A stretch of DNA of 63,817 bases from Vermamoeba vermiformis (taxonomy: Eukaryota). Below, piece by piece: positions 1-12,063 of the stretch; the stretch's first letter is position 1; each line of letters starts with the position of its first letter. The stretch is from the NCBI GenBank assembly GCA_045837725.1, contig JBEWZL010000258.1, positions 1-63,817 of the forward strand, read 5' to 3'. A program made the position numbers and the translations under genes. The notes under the pieces were generated by a model that made no database searches, was not told where the DNA came from, and saw only the letters and a program-made list of their open reading frames with translations.

Positions 1-14
1 CCCTAACCCTAAAA

Positions 15-76
15 TGGCTGACTTGCCTCACACCCAACCGCAGCCCCACCAGCCCTAACCCTAAAGGGTATATAAT
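15..76 (+). repeat. 62-bp terminal-like motif ending agccctaaccctaaagggtatataat (copy 1)
   Basis: Identical to 12002-12063; preceded by another ccctaaccctaaa at 1-13. Confidence 0.9.
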
Positions 77-86
77 AGGATGGGAA

Positions 87-1480
87 TTGACAGAGTTTCA
101 AAAATTCAAACCCAAAGCTAGGTGCAACGACGCGGCAGAAAAATTATTGGATACGCTAGGCAAAGGGCGAATAACGATCCAAGACGTACGTAAATTGCTT
201 AAATTCCACGAAGCATTTTCTAATTTAATTAATTTTCGTTTAGATCCACGCGCAAGGAAAAGAGCTGGCGATTATTTTCATGTCTGGTGATGCAATTAAG
301 TTCTCGATGGGGCAAGGAGCTGGGTTTTATGTTGGCGATATGACGGACATTTCAAAACATCCTTTCAACAAGAGAACGAATATGATCTTCAAGTTCTCGA
401 ATGGCAAAGCTGTATTCGTCGTAGACTGCCATAATTTTCAGAATCAAGTGGTAATCTCGTGGAAGTCTCCGTCGGAATGGATTTTTGAACCAGTAAAAGG
501 ACCTCACCTGTTTGAAGATACCCAGAGATTGGAGCGACACATACTCAAAGTGATGCACCAAAACCCTGAGTATTTCGAGGTAATCGTCACTGTTGTTCTA
601 CTTACCAAATTGTAATCGCACATTCCAGACCGCATCTCTCCAAGCAGCTTTGATTAACCAAACTCTGTTTAATGGCATTGGCTCGTATTCCTCATCAGAA
701 ACGTCCTTCCTGTTTCGCCTGAAGACAAGTACGCCAATTTCAAATGCTTTGAGCGGCTAACTTATTGCTACCAGACGCTCGGCCATGGTTCCTTTTCAAA
801 GATATAGTGCGATTTGGCCTCTTGCCTGTCCTCATTGGCATGATTCAGAATTACTTTAAGGAGATGGAGCACTACGTTGACAAGTATATTGGAGAGGCCA
901 ACTGCACCGTTTTCAACGAACGAAGATGGCTAGAATTTAGGTCACTTTTTATTCGGATATATCGACAGCCGTCCGTACTACTATCGTCAAGCCACCGAGA
1001 ATCCACCGTCAAGGTCAATTTTCCCACCTTCAAGAATTTGGCTGCGAACATGAGCGTCGGAAAGCCAACAGGATCGTGCTACTTGCTTGAGTCTGAGTTT
1101 GACCCCAATCTGGCTCCCGAAGGCTGGGTCCTCGCTAAGAACAACCCCTTTCGACGCAGGGATATAGGAGTAGGGAGTTTTAACTGGTGGGGTGCTACTG
1201 AGATGTTGCAAGCTCTCGAATCTCCCGAAAAGAATGTGCGTTACCTAATGTTAAATTCGAACTAATATCTATGTAGATTGTTCAACTGCGTGACTCTACT
1301 CTATTGGCATATTCGACTCCCCCCAGTCCTACCAAAGCCAACGAAAAAAGCAGATCCGATGCCCCATCGCAACACGCAGCATCTCCCAGCAAAAAGAGGC
1401 TCAACCAACGGCAGAGAAGATCGCGAAAGATATTAAAGACGATTTTAATCGAGAAGTAAATCGTTTATTTAAAACTAAAA
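87..1480 (+). pseudogene. Divergent Fpg/Nei-family (H2TH) DNA glycosylase-like gene, multi-exon, frameshifted near 280-290
   Basis: Exon at ~629-730 reads SLQAALINQTLFNGIGSYSSSE (H2TH-like); upstream FSMGQG..MIFKFSNG..VD..F..KGP resembles the Fpg N-domain; N-terminal ELTE rather than PELPE; 3' end approximate. Confidence 0.6.
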
Positions 1481-1495
1481 TAAACTACTTTACAA

Positions 1496-1756
1496 TTAAT
1501 CGTCGCCTAAATAGCTACGATCATTTTCGTCGTCTTCTTCTTCTTCGGAAGGCACGTAGTCCAAATCGTTGAGGCTGTCTACACTCGCCAAGTCCTCCTG
1601 AGACTGAGACGAAGACTCGTCGGCGGCTACAGTGCTATCGGAGTCACCGTCGGACATCTCAGGTTCTTCGTAGGCACCTCCGACCTCGCGGTGAAGAAAC
1701 TGAAGGCGGCGAGGGATGTGAACGTAACAGTCCATTGGTGGCAGGTTTGAGTCCAT
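1496..1756 (-). CDS. Small acidic hypothetical protein
   Basis: ATG-initiated ORF MDSNLPPMDCY.. with D/E/S-rich tail, preceded by an (aac)n/A-rich leader. Confidence 0.4.
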   Translation of the reverse strand: MDSNLPPMDCYVHIPRRLQFLHREVGGAYEEPEMSDGDSDSTVAADESSSQSQEDLASVDSLNDLDYVPSEEEEDDENDRSYLGDD

Positions 1757-2189
1757 AGTCGGTGGTCGGTCGTTGTGTTGTTGTTGTTGTTGTTTCAAAT
1801 TTGTTTGAAAAAAAAAATTGCCTTCACGATTTTGAAAATGAACGAACGTGACGAAATGACGTTTTGATATTCACCTAGTGCAACTAACATTGCCGAAGGT
1901 AGAAATGAATCGTCAGTAGTGCTTATCGAGTCAAGAATCTTGCGGCTAATTTCAGTCTGGTCCAAGGTTCAGGTTTGTTTCAGCAATGAGGTGTGGTTTG
2001 AGGTCAGGTATAGAACAAATACTTTGATAGAGTAGCAGGCCTCCAAACGGACTGTGCCCAGCCAAACGCTCGCGCTAAAAACCACGGAAATAAAAGATCT
2101 GATCTTGTTTTTTTTTAATAAACGACTTTGTTTTTTTAAAATATTTTTTATTTAGTAAAATATACAAGGGGCGAGTAAGATTAAAAGGG

Positions 2190-2792
2190 ACTGAGGTTTT
2201 GTTTCTCGTGGCGGATGCCAAATCTCGCATCTGCACCGGTCCATTAGTGGCCCTCGCGCATGGAGATTTGTGCAACGCCATACTAAACAAGCTGCTTTCA
2301 GCCGCTTAATCGGCCGCGCTACCAACAAAGAGCATAAATTTTTGGGCGGTAGCAAATCTCGCATCTGCACCGGTCCATTAGTGGCCCTCGTGCAATGCAC
2401 TATCGCATACCGTCACCAACAATTTGTGCTTAACACGGTCGTGGCGGACTGCAGTTTTGTTTCTCGTGGCGGATGCCAAATCTCGCATCTGCACCGGTCC
2501 ATTAGTGGCCCTCGCGCATGGAGATTTGTGCAACGCCATCCGAAAAAAAGGCTGCTTTCAGCCGCTTAATCGGCCGCGCTAACAAAACCGATAACAAGCA
2601 TAAATTTTTGGGCGGTAGCAAATCTCGCATCTGCACCGGTCCATTAGTGGCCCTCGTGCAATGCAACACCGCATACCGTCACCAACAATTTGTGCTTACC
2701 ACGGCCACAGTACCTAGGTAGGTACGCAATTAATTGCTGGAGGCAGATGCAAAATCCGCATCTGCACCGGTCCGTTAGTGGCCCTCGTGCAG
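2190..2792. repeat. Tandem repeat, ~260-bp period, core aaatctcgcatctgcaccggtccattagtggccctcg x5
   Basis: Core copies at about 2220, 2354, 2478, 2620 and 2752. Confidence 0.9.
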
Positions 2793-2850
2793 GCGGATTA
2801 CGCAATCAGCCGCGCAATATAGTTGGTGCTGGCCGTGCTGGTAATTGTGC

Positions 2851-2921
2851 TTGGTGCTGGTGCTTGGTGCTGGTGCTGGTGCTGGTGCTGGTGCTGGTGC
2901 TGGTGCTGGTGCTGGTGCTGC
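2851..2921. repeat. (TGGTGC)n hexamer microsatellite
   Basis: About 11 near-perfect copies. Confidence 0.95.
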
Positions 2922-3497
2922 ACCAGTTGTGGTTGTGGTGTGTGGTTAGCTGAGAGATAATGGTTGCGGCCGAATTTTTAGCAACCTGAACTCAGTCCAC
3001 GACGAGCGAAGTAGCGAATGGCCAATTGCCAACCGTGAGGAGCATCGCGGAATGAAAAGGGAGGGAAGCAGAGGCAAGTAAGCATTAATTAATGTTAAAA
3101 AAAAAATTTAAATCCGGATTCGAAAAAAAATTAACGTTACAAGAATTACGCAGGGCTTATTGATCCCCGTATATATTTCTGCTTACACACAAATAGACAT
3201 TGTGCAGTCAATACGGTAAGGAACACTTGGGACATTAGATGCAAAGCGGATCAAGGAACAACACTGCCTCGATGAGTCTTAGTGAGGTTATTGTCAAAGT
3301 CAGCAAGACGAGCTTCGGCATGAATGAGTTTGTGTGATAATACGACGAAATCAATATGCGATTTTTGGCAAAAAGGAAGTTGCACTTGGCAACTAGCCGT
3401 TACAAAAAATAAAAAAATTGCGCGCAATTAATCTTCTCTGCGGTTTTATGTAATCTTGTTTATTTATTATTACCAAAACAAATAAAATTCATACAGC

Positions 3498-4395
3498 CTA
3501 TTTTGTTTTAGGCTTACTTTTTGTTTGTTCGGTTACTTTGAGCAGCGCCTCAGTCTTGGTTTTCCTGACTTTGGTATCGTTAGCTTGGCGCGTTGATTTT
3601 CTTGTACATTTGGGTTGGTTTCGGGGTCTGCCAAGCCGCTTTACTTCAGATCGGTGTGTTTTTTTGATTTTTAGCCGGCGAAAATAACCTGAACCTAAAG
3701 ATCAGGTTAGATTCGGATCAGTAAAAAAAATCCATTAACTCAACTTACCATATCTAATGAAGAATTCTTCTCCTCGGCTAATTTTGCGGCTTGCAATCAA
3801 TTTGATTGCTTTTGTGCCGTTCTCCTCGACAACTTTTCCAGTCCTTACGTTATGCTTCTCACCTACTGGGGGGCAATTAACGAATCGACCAAGTCCTTGA
3901 AGACCTTGCCAACCAGTTCGTCCATCAATTGCCTCGTGGTAGCCTAAGTGCATCACGTATGAGGGATCCTTAAGAGTTGGAACGGAGTCGCGAGGAATTA
4001 CGTCGCCCATATAAAGGGTAACTACCTCGTCCTTCTCATAGTCACGTGCTGCAAAGAGACCTTCACGAGATAAACCAAATTTAATAACTGAACGTAAAAA
4101 TTGACAAAAAATCTGAAAAATTGGACGTACCTTTTCCTGAGATGGGCGACCGAGATACAATAGGTGATATTAAGTTTTGATTCTCATTGATCTTCTTGGG
4201 CGGAAACTTTTCGGCAACCGGATCTGGTACTGCAGTTCGTAGACTTCGAGCACATGAGCTGCAAAACACATTTTTTTTACGTGAGGGAGGCACTGTCTCT
4301 ATGGTTATAAAAACCCGCCATTCAGGTTTGATCTGCCGCCACTCGGATGAGGAGGTAGTTCCGCACTTCTGACAAAAACCTCGGTATTTTGCCAT
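3498..4395 (-). CDS. GATA-like zinc finger + SET-domain methyltransferase + AT-hook-like basic tail (3 exons)
   Basis: CQKCGTTSSSEWR..FCSSC; spliced SPISGKGLFAARD..GRFVNC..ASRKISRGEEFFIRYG; tail KRLGRPR; GT-AG introns restore one frame. Confidence 0.8.
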
Positions 4396-4740
4396 TTTAA
4401 CGATTGACCCAGTTGCGTATTTGTGTATAAATAGTATTTCAAAAATGTTAGGCGATAAACGGTTCGTTTTTAGCCAAAAAAAAATGGATGACTGAAAATG
4501 TTAGATCGGACCCGAAGTTCGAACTGAAACCAAGTCTAAGTATCAATAATTGCTTAAGTAATACCGTGTTGGGCCCGTTTGATATAGACAAGAAGGTAAA
4601 TAAGAGTTGAAGGTTGACGCATACCTGCGAGGTGTGGTTTGAGGTTAGATATGAAGGGAGGTGTGGTTAGAAGGTAAAAAGTTTATTAACTAAAAATACA
4701 CTAACTATGGTCTAAAACTAAAAAAGGAACAATAAACTAA

Positions 4741-5778
4741 TTAATTTGGCTTGTGCTTCTTTTTTGGAGGTGACTCATCATCCTCGATGATAATGCGCGA
4801 TGAAAGAGTGAACCGTACTTCTCCGTCCGGTTCAGCCTCAACAATTTCCTCGTCATCATCGAAGACAATGTCCGAGCAAAGACTGAAGGTACTTTGCTCT
4901 CCAACAGTGTCAGTCTGAGCGATTTCAGTCACGTTTTTTGACGCTGAAGGCTGGTCGGGTCCGGCATTAGAGGCAGGAGGAGTTTGTGGCTGCTGAACAT
5001 CACCAAAGACATCTGACTTTTGAACGATGCGCTCTTTGTTGACTTTGGGATGATTGTGATACTTCTCTACGACGAGCTTCTGAACCTTGCCGTTTCTATC
5101 AACGCGTACCACTGCTGGAAGCTTTGGCAAAGGCACCTGTCCCTTCGTTGGGTATTGGCTCTTTGTAGGTGTTGGACGAGGGGGTGCACCATGTTTTGCG
5201 GGTGGGGCTCTCTTTGGGCAACCGTCGGCATTGGTTTGCATCAGGGTGAGCCAACGGATCTTGGGTGGTGATTGATCCCGCCACGGCCCACCAGTTGGAG
5301 GTCCGCTGCATTTCGAAGAAGTTCCACCGCGAGGCTGATTTTGGGGTCTCAACGGCCGATAATACCCCTGAGGTACCGCACATGGCTGAGGTCCATTCTT
5401 AGCAGTGGGGGTAACTTGCTTTCACCAAGTGCCTCGTTTTGAAGAGGTGCCGCGAACAATGGGCTTCGGGTGATGTTGCGGAGCCCGGAAGACATCATCT
5501 GCTGGCTCGTCTTCCATGCTGTAACTGGAGCCGCTATAAGAGGTACGTGGCGAGGTACGTGGAGAGGTACCTGGCGAGGTATCGGGGCTTGACGAAGAGC
5601 TAATGGTAATGGGCTTCGGCCAATTTTGCGACGCTTGCGGAGCACTCAAGCCATCCCCTGTTGGCTCGTCTGGCATGCTGCGATGAGAGGTGCTGTTTGA
5701 GGTACCTGGTGAGGTATCTCCGCTCGGTAAAGTTTTTTGTGCATCGCTCCATCTCGGACTGAACGCAAAATTAGCCAT
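4741..5778 (-). pseudogene. Low-complexity S/P-rich protein with one in-frame TGA at 5422-5424
   Basis: ORFs 5422..5778 and 4741..5352 are in the same frame, joined by 23 open codons after a single TGA. Confidence 0.55.
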
Positions 5779-6458
5779 TAGTAATTAAATTATCGAAATA
5801 CATAAAAAATGTCAATAATATGCGTACGTATAATAAATAAAAAATTTTTAGTGTCTTTTTAGATTAAATTTAAAAATTCCTTACCTAGGAATAACTTCTG
5901 TAGGAGGTATTAATACGTTATTACCGAACTTCATCCATTTACCGAAAAAAAATATTATGTTATCCTTTTCATTTGTGTTTTTTTGCATCGTGTTTTCGGA
6001 TCTGACTATAACTGCTGGCTTTGGGCTTGAATGATTGAAATTCTTTCAGTGCGTGATAAAGTGTTAATATTTAGCGTTGAATTGTCGTTAAAGGACGAAA
6101 CCTAAAGATATAGCTCAATTCTGAAGATTTTGACAGCTAATCACCATCGGGATTACCAAAAATTGAAACGTTTGCGCATTAGATGGGACATATTACCTGG
6201 TTTTCGATGTAAAGATAAAGAGGGGTGATTAATAATTTTTTAATTTTTTTTTTGACAGATCCAAGTGTATTTTGAAAATAATAGTCTTAAAATGCACAGG
6301 TAATATCAAACGGGCATTGGCGGGATAATTAAATAATTTTTTAGAGTCAGAATCAAACGGCAAATAGTACGGCTGATTTCTCCAGGTGTAGCTTCAGGTG
6401 TAGGTTCAGGCTGAGCAGAGTAATGAGGCGTGGTTTGATGTGAGGTGTGGAATTGAAT

Positions 6459-8952
6459 TTATTTTGGCCGTGGGGGATTGATCTCAGCAATCATTTTACA
6501 AACAAGATGGATATCTTCGGGACGGACACTATCGCGGCCTGCGTGTTCCGAGGTTGACTGGGCAAGGCGCATTAAGTCTGTGATCCAATTTTCAGCCGCA
6601 ATCTGCAACGTAAAGACAGCATCACCATGCCACTCAACTTCTTCAGGACCTCCCTCTGGCAAAGACTCAAGTACTCTACTTGTTGCCGACATCACCATGC
6701 GCATGAAATTCGGTGGTGGGATTGCACGTTCTTTTCCACGCGAAGTTGTCTCCATGAATTTCTTAATACCTGAGAGTTTTTAGCCAAAATACGTAGTACA
6801 AGATAAAGCTTACGTTCAGGTACTTCTTCTTCTTCTTCAGGTATTTTGTCAACCCTTCGTTTCTTTTTTGGCGGAGATGATTCTGGCTCGTTACTATCTA
6901 TTAACCGACGCTTTTGAGGGGTGTTCTTCTCTTGTTTCACGATGCTAGGATTGCTGTCGGTATCCACTATAACGTGCTTATTATCCGAGCTGTGACTGCT
7001 ATCATTTTCAGGGCTGTCACTGCTGTCTGTATCCACAACGATAAGCACATTATCGTTCGGATTATGGCTGCTTGTCGTATCAATAACAAGCGGCACATTG
7101 CTGTGCAGACTACCGCTATCGTCATCTGGACTTCGACTGCTGCCAGTGTCTACAATTAGCGGCACATCATTGTCCAACATGATTGCATGTTGCTCGGAGA
7201 TGGTAATGCGCCCAGGTTCTTCTTTCAAATCAGCGTCGTCATCTTCCTTGCTCAGCGCCTCATCTGGTCCGTAGATTTCTTCAATGGCACTGTTTTCGCA
7301 TTCTTCACCTTCTGCCGAGAATCGAGGTGATACGCCCAAGTCTGTCTGGATGTTGTCGATTTCCTTCACAGTTGCTATCCTCGAATCGGTTTCATCGCTC
7401 GAGTAAGGTATTGTGCCATTGTCGTCTAACGGCACTTCATCGGCCTGGGGCTCATTGAACTGATCTGGCTTGGGCTCGGGGACTCGTTTAGGCCTTTGGT
7501 AGGGCGGGATATAAGAGCTAGTTTCACTTTGTGCACCGACGTTAGCTCCCGTGTTCGAGGTAACCTCCGCTGACTGAGCAGAGTGTTGAGTTTGAGCCAG
7601 TTTCGCTTCAGGAGGAGTGGGTTCTGCCAGTATCCTATGAAGCATCTCCTGAGTAGACCCTTCCTAGATCAAATATAAATTAATACATTTCTCGAGTTTA
7701 ACACCAATACTTACGTCATTTTGCGTTTCATTTGGTGCTGCATTTTCGTTAGGGGAAGGACTTGCATTTGATTCGTAAGGTAAAGTCTCTGCAAGCGCAA
7801 CATTATCCTGATCGATTTGCGGCTGCGGGCTCGAGTTTGGGGGCAGCATGGCGATTCCAGGAGACGAGGAGGGACGAGGCGATGAGACCGAGCTTTCCAC
7901 CTTGCTGAATGATGGTGCCAGTAAATCAGCCGCCAGAAGCTGCGTTGCATCATCATCATCGTCATCTTCTAAATGGATAGAAGCAAGGTTGAATTGCGTA
8001 CTGCTCTGCGATAGCTGTCCAGAAGTATTAACGAAGTCAGCAGATTGTAGAATAATGGTGCTGTTGGCGCCTGGAGATAAGTCGAGACTTTCAAATACAG
8101 GGCCTTTCCACGCAGGCACTGCATTTTTTGCATTAGAAACTACAGGTGGCTTCCAAGAGGAGCTTGTTGGAGAAGGATGAGGCATCTCGGGACTAGCACT
8201 TTGCGAAGCTCGAGCTACGGCCACAGGTTGAGCTATAGCTCTAGGTTTAGCTACAGCCTCAGGTTGAGGTTTAGCCTTAGGCTGAGGTACGACGGTAGGT
8301 TGAGGTACAGCTTTAGGTTTGGGTACGTTGGTGCGGCTCTTTTTCTTTGAAACCTTTGGCGGCTGCGTAGAAGGCGGTGCACTTTGTCGTTTATTGCTAG
8401 GCTGCTGCGTGCTGAGTGAAGTGACTAGATTCGTGCTCTTTGGTGAACTCCGCTCTTGTGGCGCAGGGTTGACCAATACTGGGCTAGTAGTATTCGTTAT
8501 ACTGGGTACGTTTTGGGTGAGAAGTAGACCAGACGGCTGAATCAAGCCTTGACGCGATGAAGTCTGCTCTGCGGCTGATTTGGACTCGACTGGAAGATTC
8601 AGATCTTGTTGGTTAAGAGGATGAGCAGGTTGTTGACCCCTACAATGGTTTGCCACGATACTATCTAAAACTGCATCCCAGATCTGATGTTGTTTACGTT
8701 GAATCAATGTTACCAGGCTAAAAATATTAAAAAATTAGCCGTGGCCAAAATAATATGAAAAAATCCATTATTAATGCCAAGCAGTAATTTCCATTATAAT
8801 TTACATATTAATTAAATTAAAAGTTGAATTCCTTACTCGGGAGCAGATTGGGCTGACGATGGCTGAACACGGCTATTACTTCTTCTTTTATTTTTTTTTG
8901 TTTTATTTTTTTCATTGTTATTTTTATTAGTATTGTTCTTGTTATTATTCAT
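6459..8952 (-). CDS. H3-like histone-fold protein with a very long (>600 aa) low-complexity N-terminal extension
   Basis: C-term IPPPNFMRMV..WHGDAVFTLQIAAENWITDLMRLA..HAGRDSVRPEDIHL matches the H3 fold; introns near 7714 and 6813 join ORFs 7664..8707 and 6692..7645 in frame; PPKKKRRV NLS; first exon tentative. Confidence 0.7.
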
Positions 8953-9018
8953 GTTGGTCGGATTTGAATGTCTAACTTTGTGTTGTTGCGGCTAATTTTT
9001 AAAACAAAATCCGCCAAA

Positions 9019-9982
9019 ATGGATTACGAGTAAGCACTTCATTTAAATAAATTATAATTTATTCCTATTATTAACAATTTAATTAGGTACTACAAAAAGC
9101 ACCGTATTGTCGTCGATAAGCGAAAAAGATTAATGTGGTTAAATACTGATGGAATTAGTAAGATAACATCTATTGGCATTACCAAAATTAAAGAATTGGC
9201 AAAAGATATATATCCTGCACAAAGTAAGTAGAAAAAATTTAATTAAAATTAAAGATGAAATTAATTTATTTTTTTTTAGACTGTTCCGAGTTCATAAACC
9301 AATTATCGATACCAGGAATACATGGGCAGCAATTAAAGGGATATTGGTTTGAACTTGGCACAGTGAATGAGATTTTGAGAACTGTCACTCCTAAAACAAA
9401 GGATCTTAGTTCTCAATGCGACAACATTCAGTAAGTCATCAATATGCTGTTAATACAACCGAACTAAACATGGCTGTTAGGAAGGTTCTGGAAACTTACC
9501 AGCTCAATCAGCTATTTCGGGTTCTTCGTCAAAACGGCAAGCCGCAGATCTACGCAAGAACCCCAGATGGTGCAGAACCTCCAACAAACGTGCCATCGAA
9601 CGTCAAGCCAAAATCTGAGGTTAAGGCTAAACAGAAAGAAAAGAAAGGAATTGGCCTTCCCGGTGGTGACTTTTTGACGAGTGGCGAAAAAGAGGACAAA
9701 CTACACGCACTGCGTTACTTCAACTATGGGCTTCATACTGATGCCAGCAAGATGGTAATAAAAAAAGGAATGCTAGATGCGGACTCACCTTTCACTGAAA
9801 TGGATCTTGATATCGATTTGAGGGAGTCCTGCAACGAGTCCAAGTCTGCCAGCGAAGAAGATGAATCCCAGTCCAGTGCTTCGTCAGACTCTTCCCCTGA
9901 TGTTGAATCCTCTTCCTCTGACTCCGAGAGTTCATCGCACCCTTCTTTGGCCGATTTTCAAACTCCGAAGAAAGGCTGGTAA
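9019..9982 (+). CDS. Hypothetical 'GYWF' family protein, copy 1 (multi-exon)
   Basis: Exons give KHRIVVD..GISKITSIGITKIKELAK and GYWFELGTVNEILRTVTPK; paralog at 12952-13930. Confidence 0.6.
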
Positions 9983-10479
9983 TTTCGTATCTTGCAATTT
10001 TGTAACCTGTAACTGTTAATCTTTGTAATAAATTATTTTCTTCGTTAGTCAAAAATACGTGCAGGTTTGGTTTTCTGAAACTCGACCGTTCCCCCTCCGC
10101 GGCCGATTTTTTATTCAGCCTAATGCTCGCAGCGCAGCCTATGCTGTACAGACTGAGCCATCGAGAGGTTTACCAGTGTCGATTTCCCATTCAGTTTCAA
10201 TTTCCCATTCAGTTTCAAGCGCGTTAGTTAACTAATGCTGCACCAGGCAGGTGAGGTTCTTCATCCAGACCTAATGCAGGAGGTTAAGGTAATATCGGAG
10301 GTGCTAGTTTGTTCCTGGTCCTGAACCAAGTTGCTAGATCATGTATAACTCCACCTTATTGATCATTATAGCTATCTTTGATAGTGCAGTTTTAAACAAA
10401 TGTCAGTTTGACAAATGACAGCTGTCAAAGATTTCGTTTTGTTTTTTTGCGATGAAATAAATTAATTATCACCGCAACA

Positions 10480-11154
10480 ATGATGAATACACGCGCGCAC
10501 CTTCGCAAAATTAACGAGCGAATTGAAGAGCTCGAATATGAGTTGGAAATTGCGTATCTGAAAATGCGCTGCAGCATCGGTTCGTATATTGCAAGTAAGT
10601 ATAATTTTTAGTTTGCAATTTCTATTACTTGTAGTTTAATTATTATTTATAATATTATTCGGGATTGATTGCAGTAAAAATTAACAACGTTTTTTTTTAC
10701 AAAATAATTTTTTGTAATTAAAATATAATATTTAAGGCGCCACAAGACGGCACGAATTCATACCAGCTTCCCACGACATTGGTCAAGAGTTGGCAAGAGC
10801 GAGAGAGCAGTTCCCTGACTGCAACTTGTAAGTAATGTACTTTTAAATAATTTTTCAATTTTTTAACTAACTCGAGCAGCAACTTGAATCATCCCGATGC
10901 GATCTACGCTCGCACGCTCTATTGCAGGGCTTCTCGTATGGAGCAGTACACCAGCATTCTATTGCTGGGCGAGAAGCTCAAACGAGATGCCATCATTCGG
11001 GACTACATCGAAGGTAAGTACTTAGTTTATTTTATCTTATTTTGTGAAAATTTTACTAATTGATTTGTTTTTAGCTCTCACCGGCCAGCTTGATGAATCC
11101 GTAGGACCTTTTGTTGACCTCGATGCGGAATTAGCCGCACGAGGCTTGAATTAA
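10480..11154 (+). CDS. Small multi-exon hypothetical protein
   Basis: MMNTRAHLRKINERIEELEYELE.. with GC-richer exons separated by AT-rich gtaagt..ag introns. Confidence 0.5.
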
Positions 11155-11186
11155 TCAATAATTCGGTACTTGTAATTGGCCGTAAG

Positions 11187-11880
11187 CCCCCCCCGTCCCC
11201 CTGGCGGACGGGGTCTTATTAAATAAATATACCCCCGTCCCCCTGGCGGACGGGTATCAACCAATTTTGTAATTTGTGGATTTCTGAGGCTGAACCTGAA
11301 AGGTTAGGTACTACTTTCCAACCTGACCTCAATGCGGAATCAGCCGCACGAGGTTGCTGATACTTGTAATTGGCTTTATGCCCCCCCCCCGTCCCCCCCT
11401 GGCGGACGGGGTCCTATTAAATAAATATACCCCCGTCCCCCTGGCGGACGGGTATCCATCAAGTATTTCAAGCCCAACATACCTGAGGCTGAACCACACA
11501 GGTCAGGTATAAAGTAAGTACCTAGTGAGGTTGAGGTTGTGCATTAGCATTGAGTATGTACCTGATGCTGAACCTATCAGGTTGAGGTATTTGCTACAAA
11601 CCTGATGCAGGAGGTAAAGGTACATGACAGCGATCCCGAGGTGGATACAGCACCCCCCGTCCGCCAGGCGGACGGGTCCTTATTAAATTAATATACCCCC
11701 GTCCCCCTGGTGGACGGGGTCCTATTAAATAAATATACCCCCGTCCGCCAGGCGGACGGGTATCCATCAATTTTATAACTGGGTATACCTCAGGCTGAAC
11801 CTGGCAGGTTAGGTACTATTTACTTTCCCAGTGTAGCATGGGTTGATAACGTGCCCCCGTCCACCTGGCGGACGGGGTCA
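11187..11880. repeat. Array of 8 hairpin palindromes ccccgtcc-N7-ggacggg(g) with AT-rich spacers
   Basis: Copies at about 11191, 11232, 11387, 11430, 11654, 11696, 11738 and 11854. Confidence 0.9.
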
Positions 11881-12001
11881 GTTATCAACTAAGGCACCAA
11901 TTTCCCAGTATACAGGCTACTCCAAACATCTTGTTTATTTAATGTCACATACATTGGCCATGGGTGGCGGCTGATTTGTACAAATGTTTGATTGGCCTCT
12001 G

Positions 12002-12063
12002 TGGCTGACTTGCCTCACACCCAACCGCAGCCCCACCAGCCCTAACCCTAAAGGGTATATAAT
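12002..12063 (+). repeat. 62-bp terminal-like motif (copy 2)
   Basis: Exact match to 15-76; directly abuts a 5'-truncated Nei-like gene. Confidence 0.9.

Larger units (their letters stand above)
77..12063. mobile_element. Putative large element, unit A (Nei-like, GATA-SET, H3-like and GYWF genes; palindrome arrays)
   Basis: Lies between two identical 62-bp motifs; gene set parallels unit B; no transposase seen, so boundaries and mobility are inferred. Confidence 0.45.

Noticed and set aside
1-65. Chromosome telomere
   Set aside because: Only paired CCCTAA units inside a motif that recurs internally at 12002-12063.
2075-2953. ORFs across the tandem repeat and the poly-VL ORF
   Set aside because: Products of repeat or microsatellite sequence with no protein-like features.
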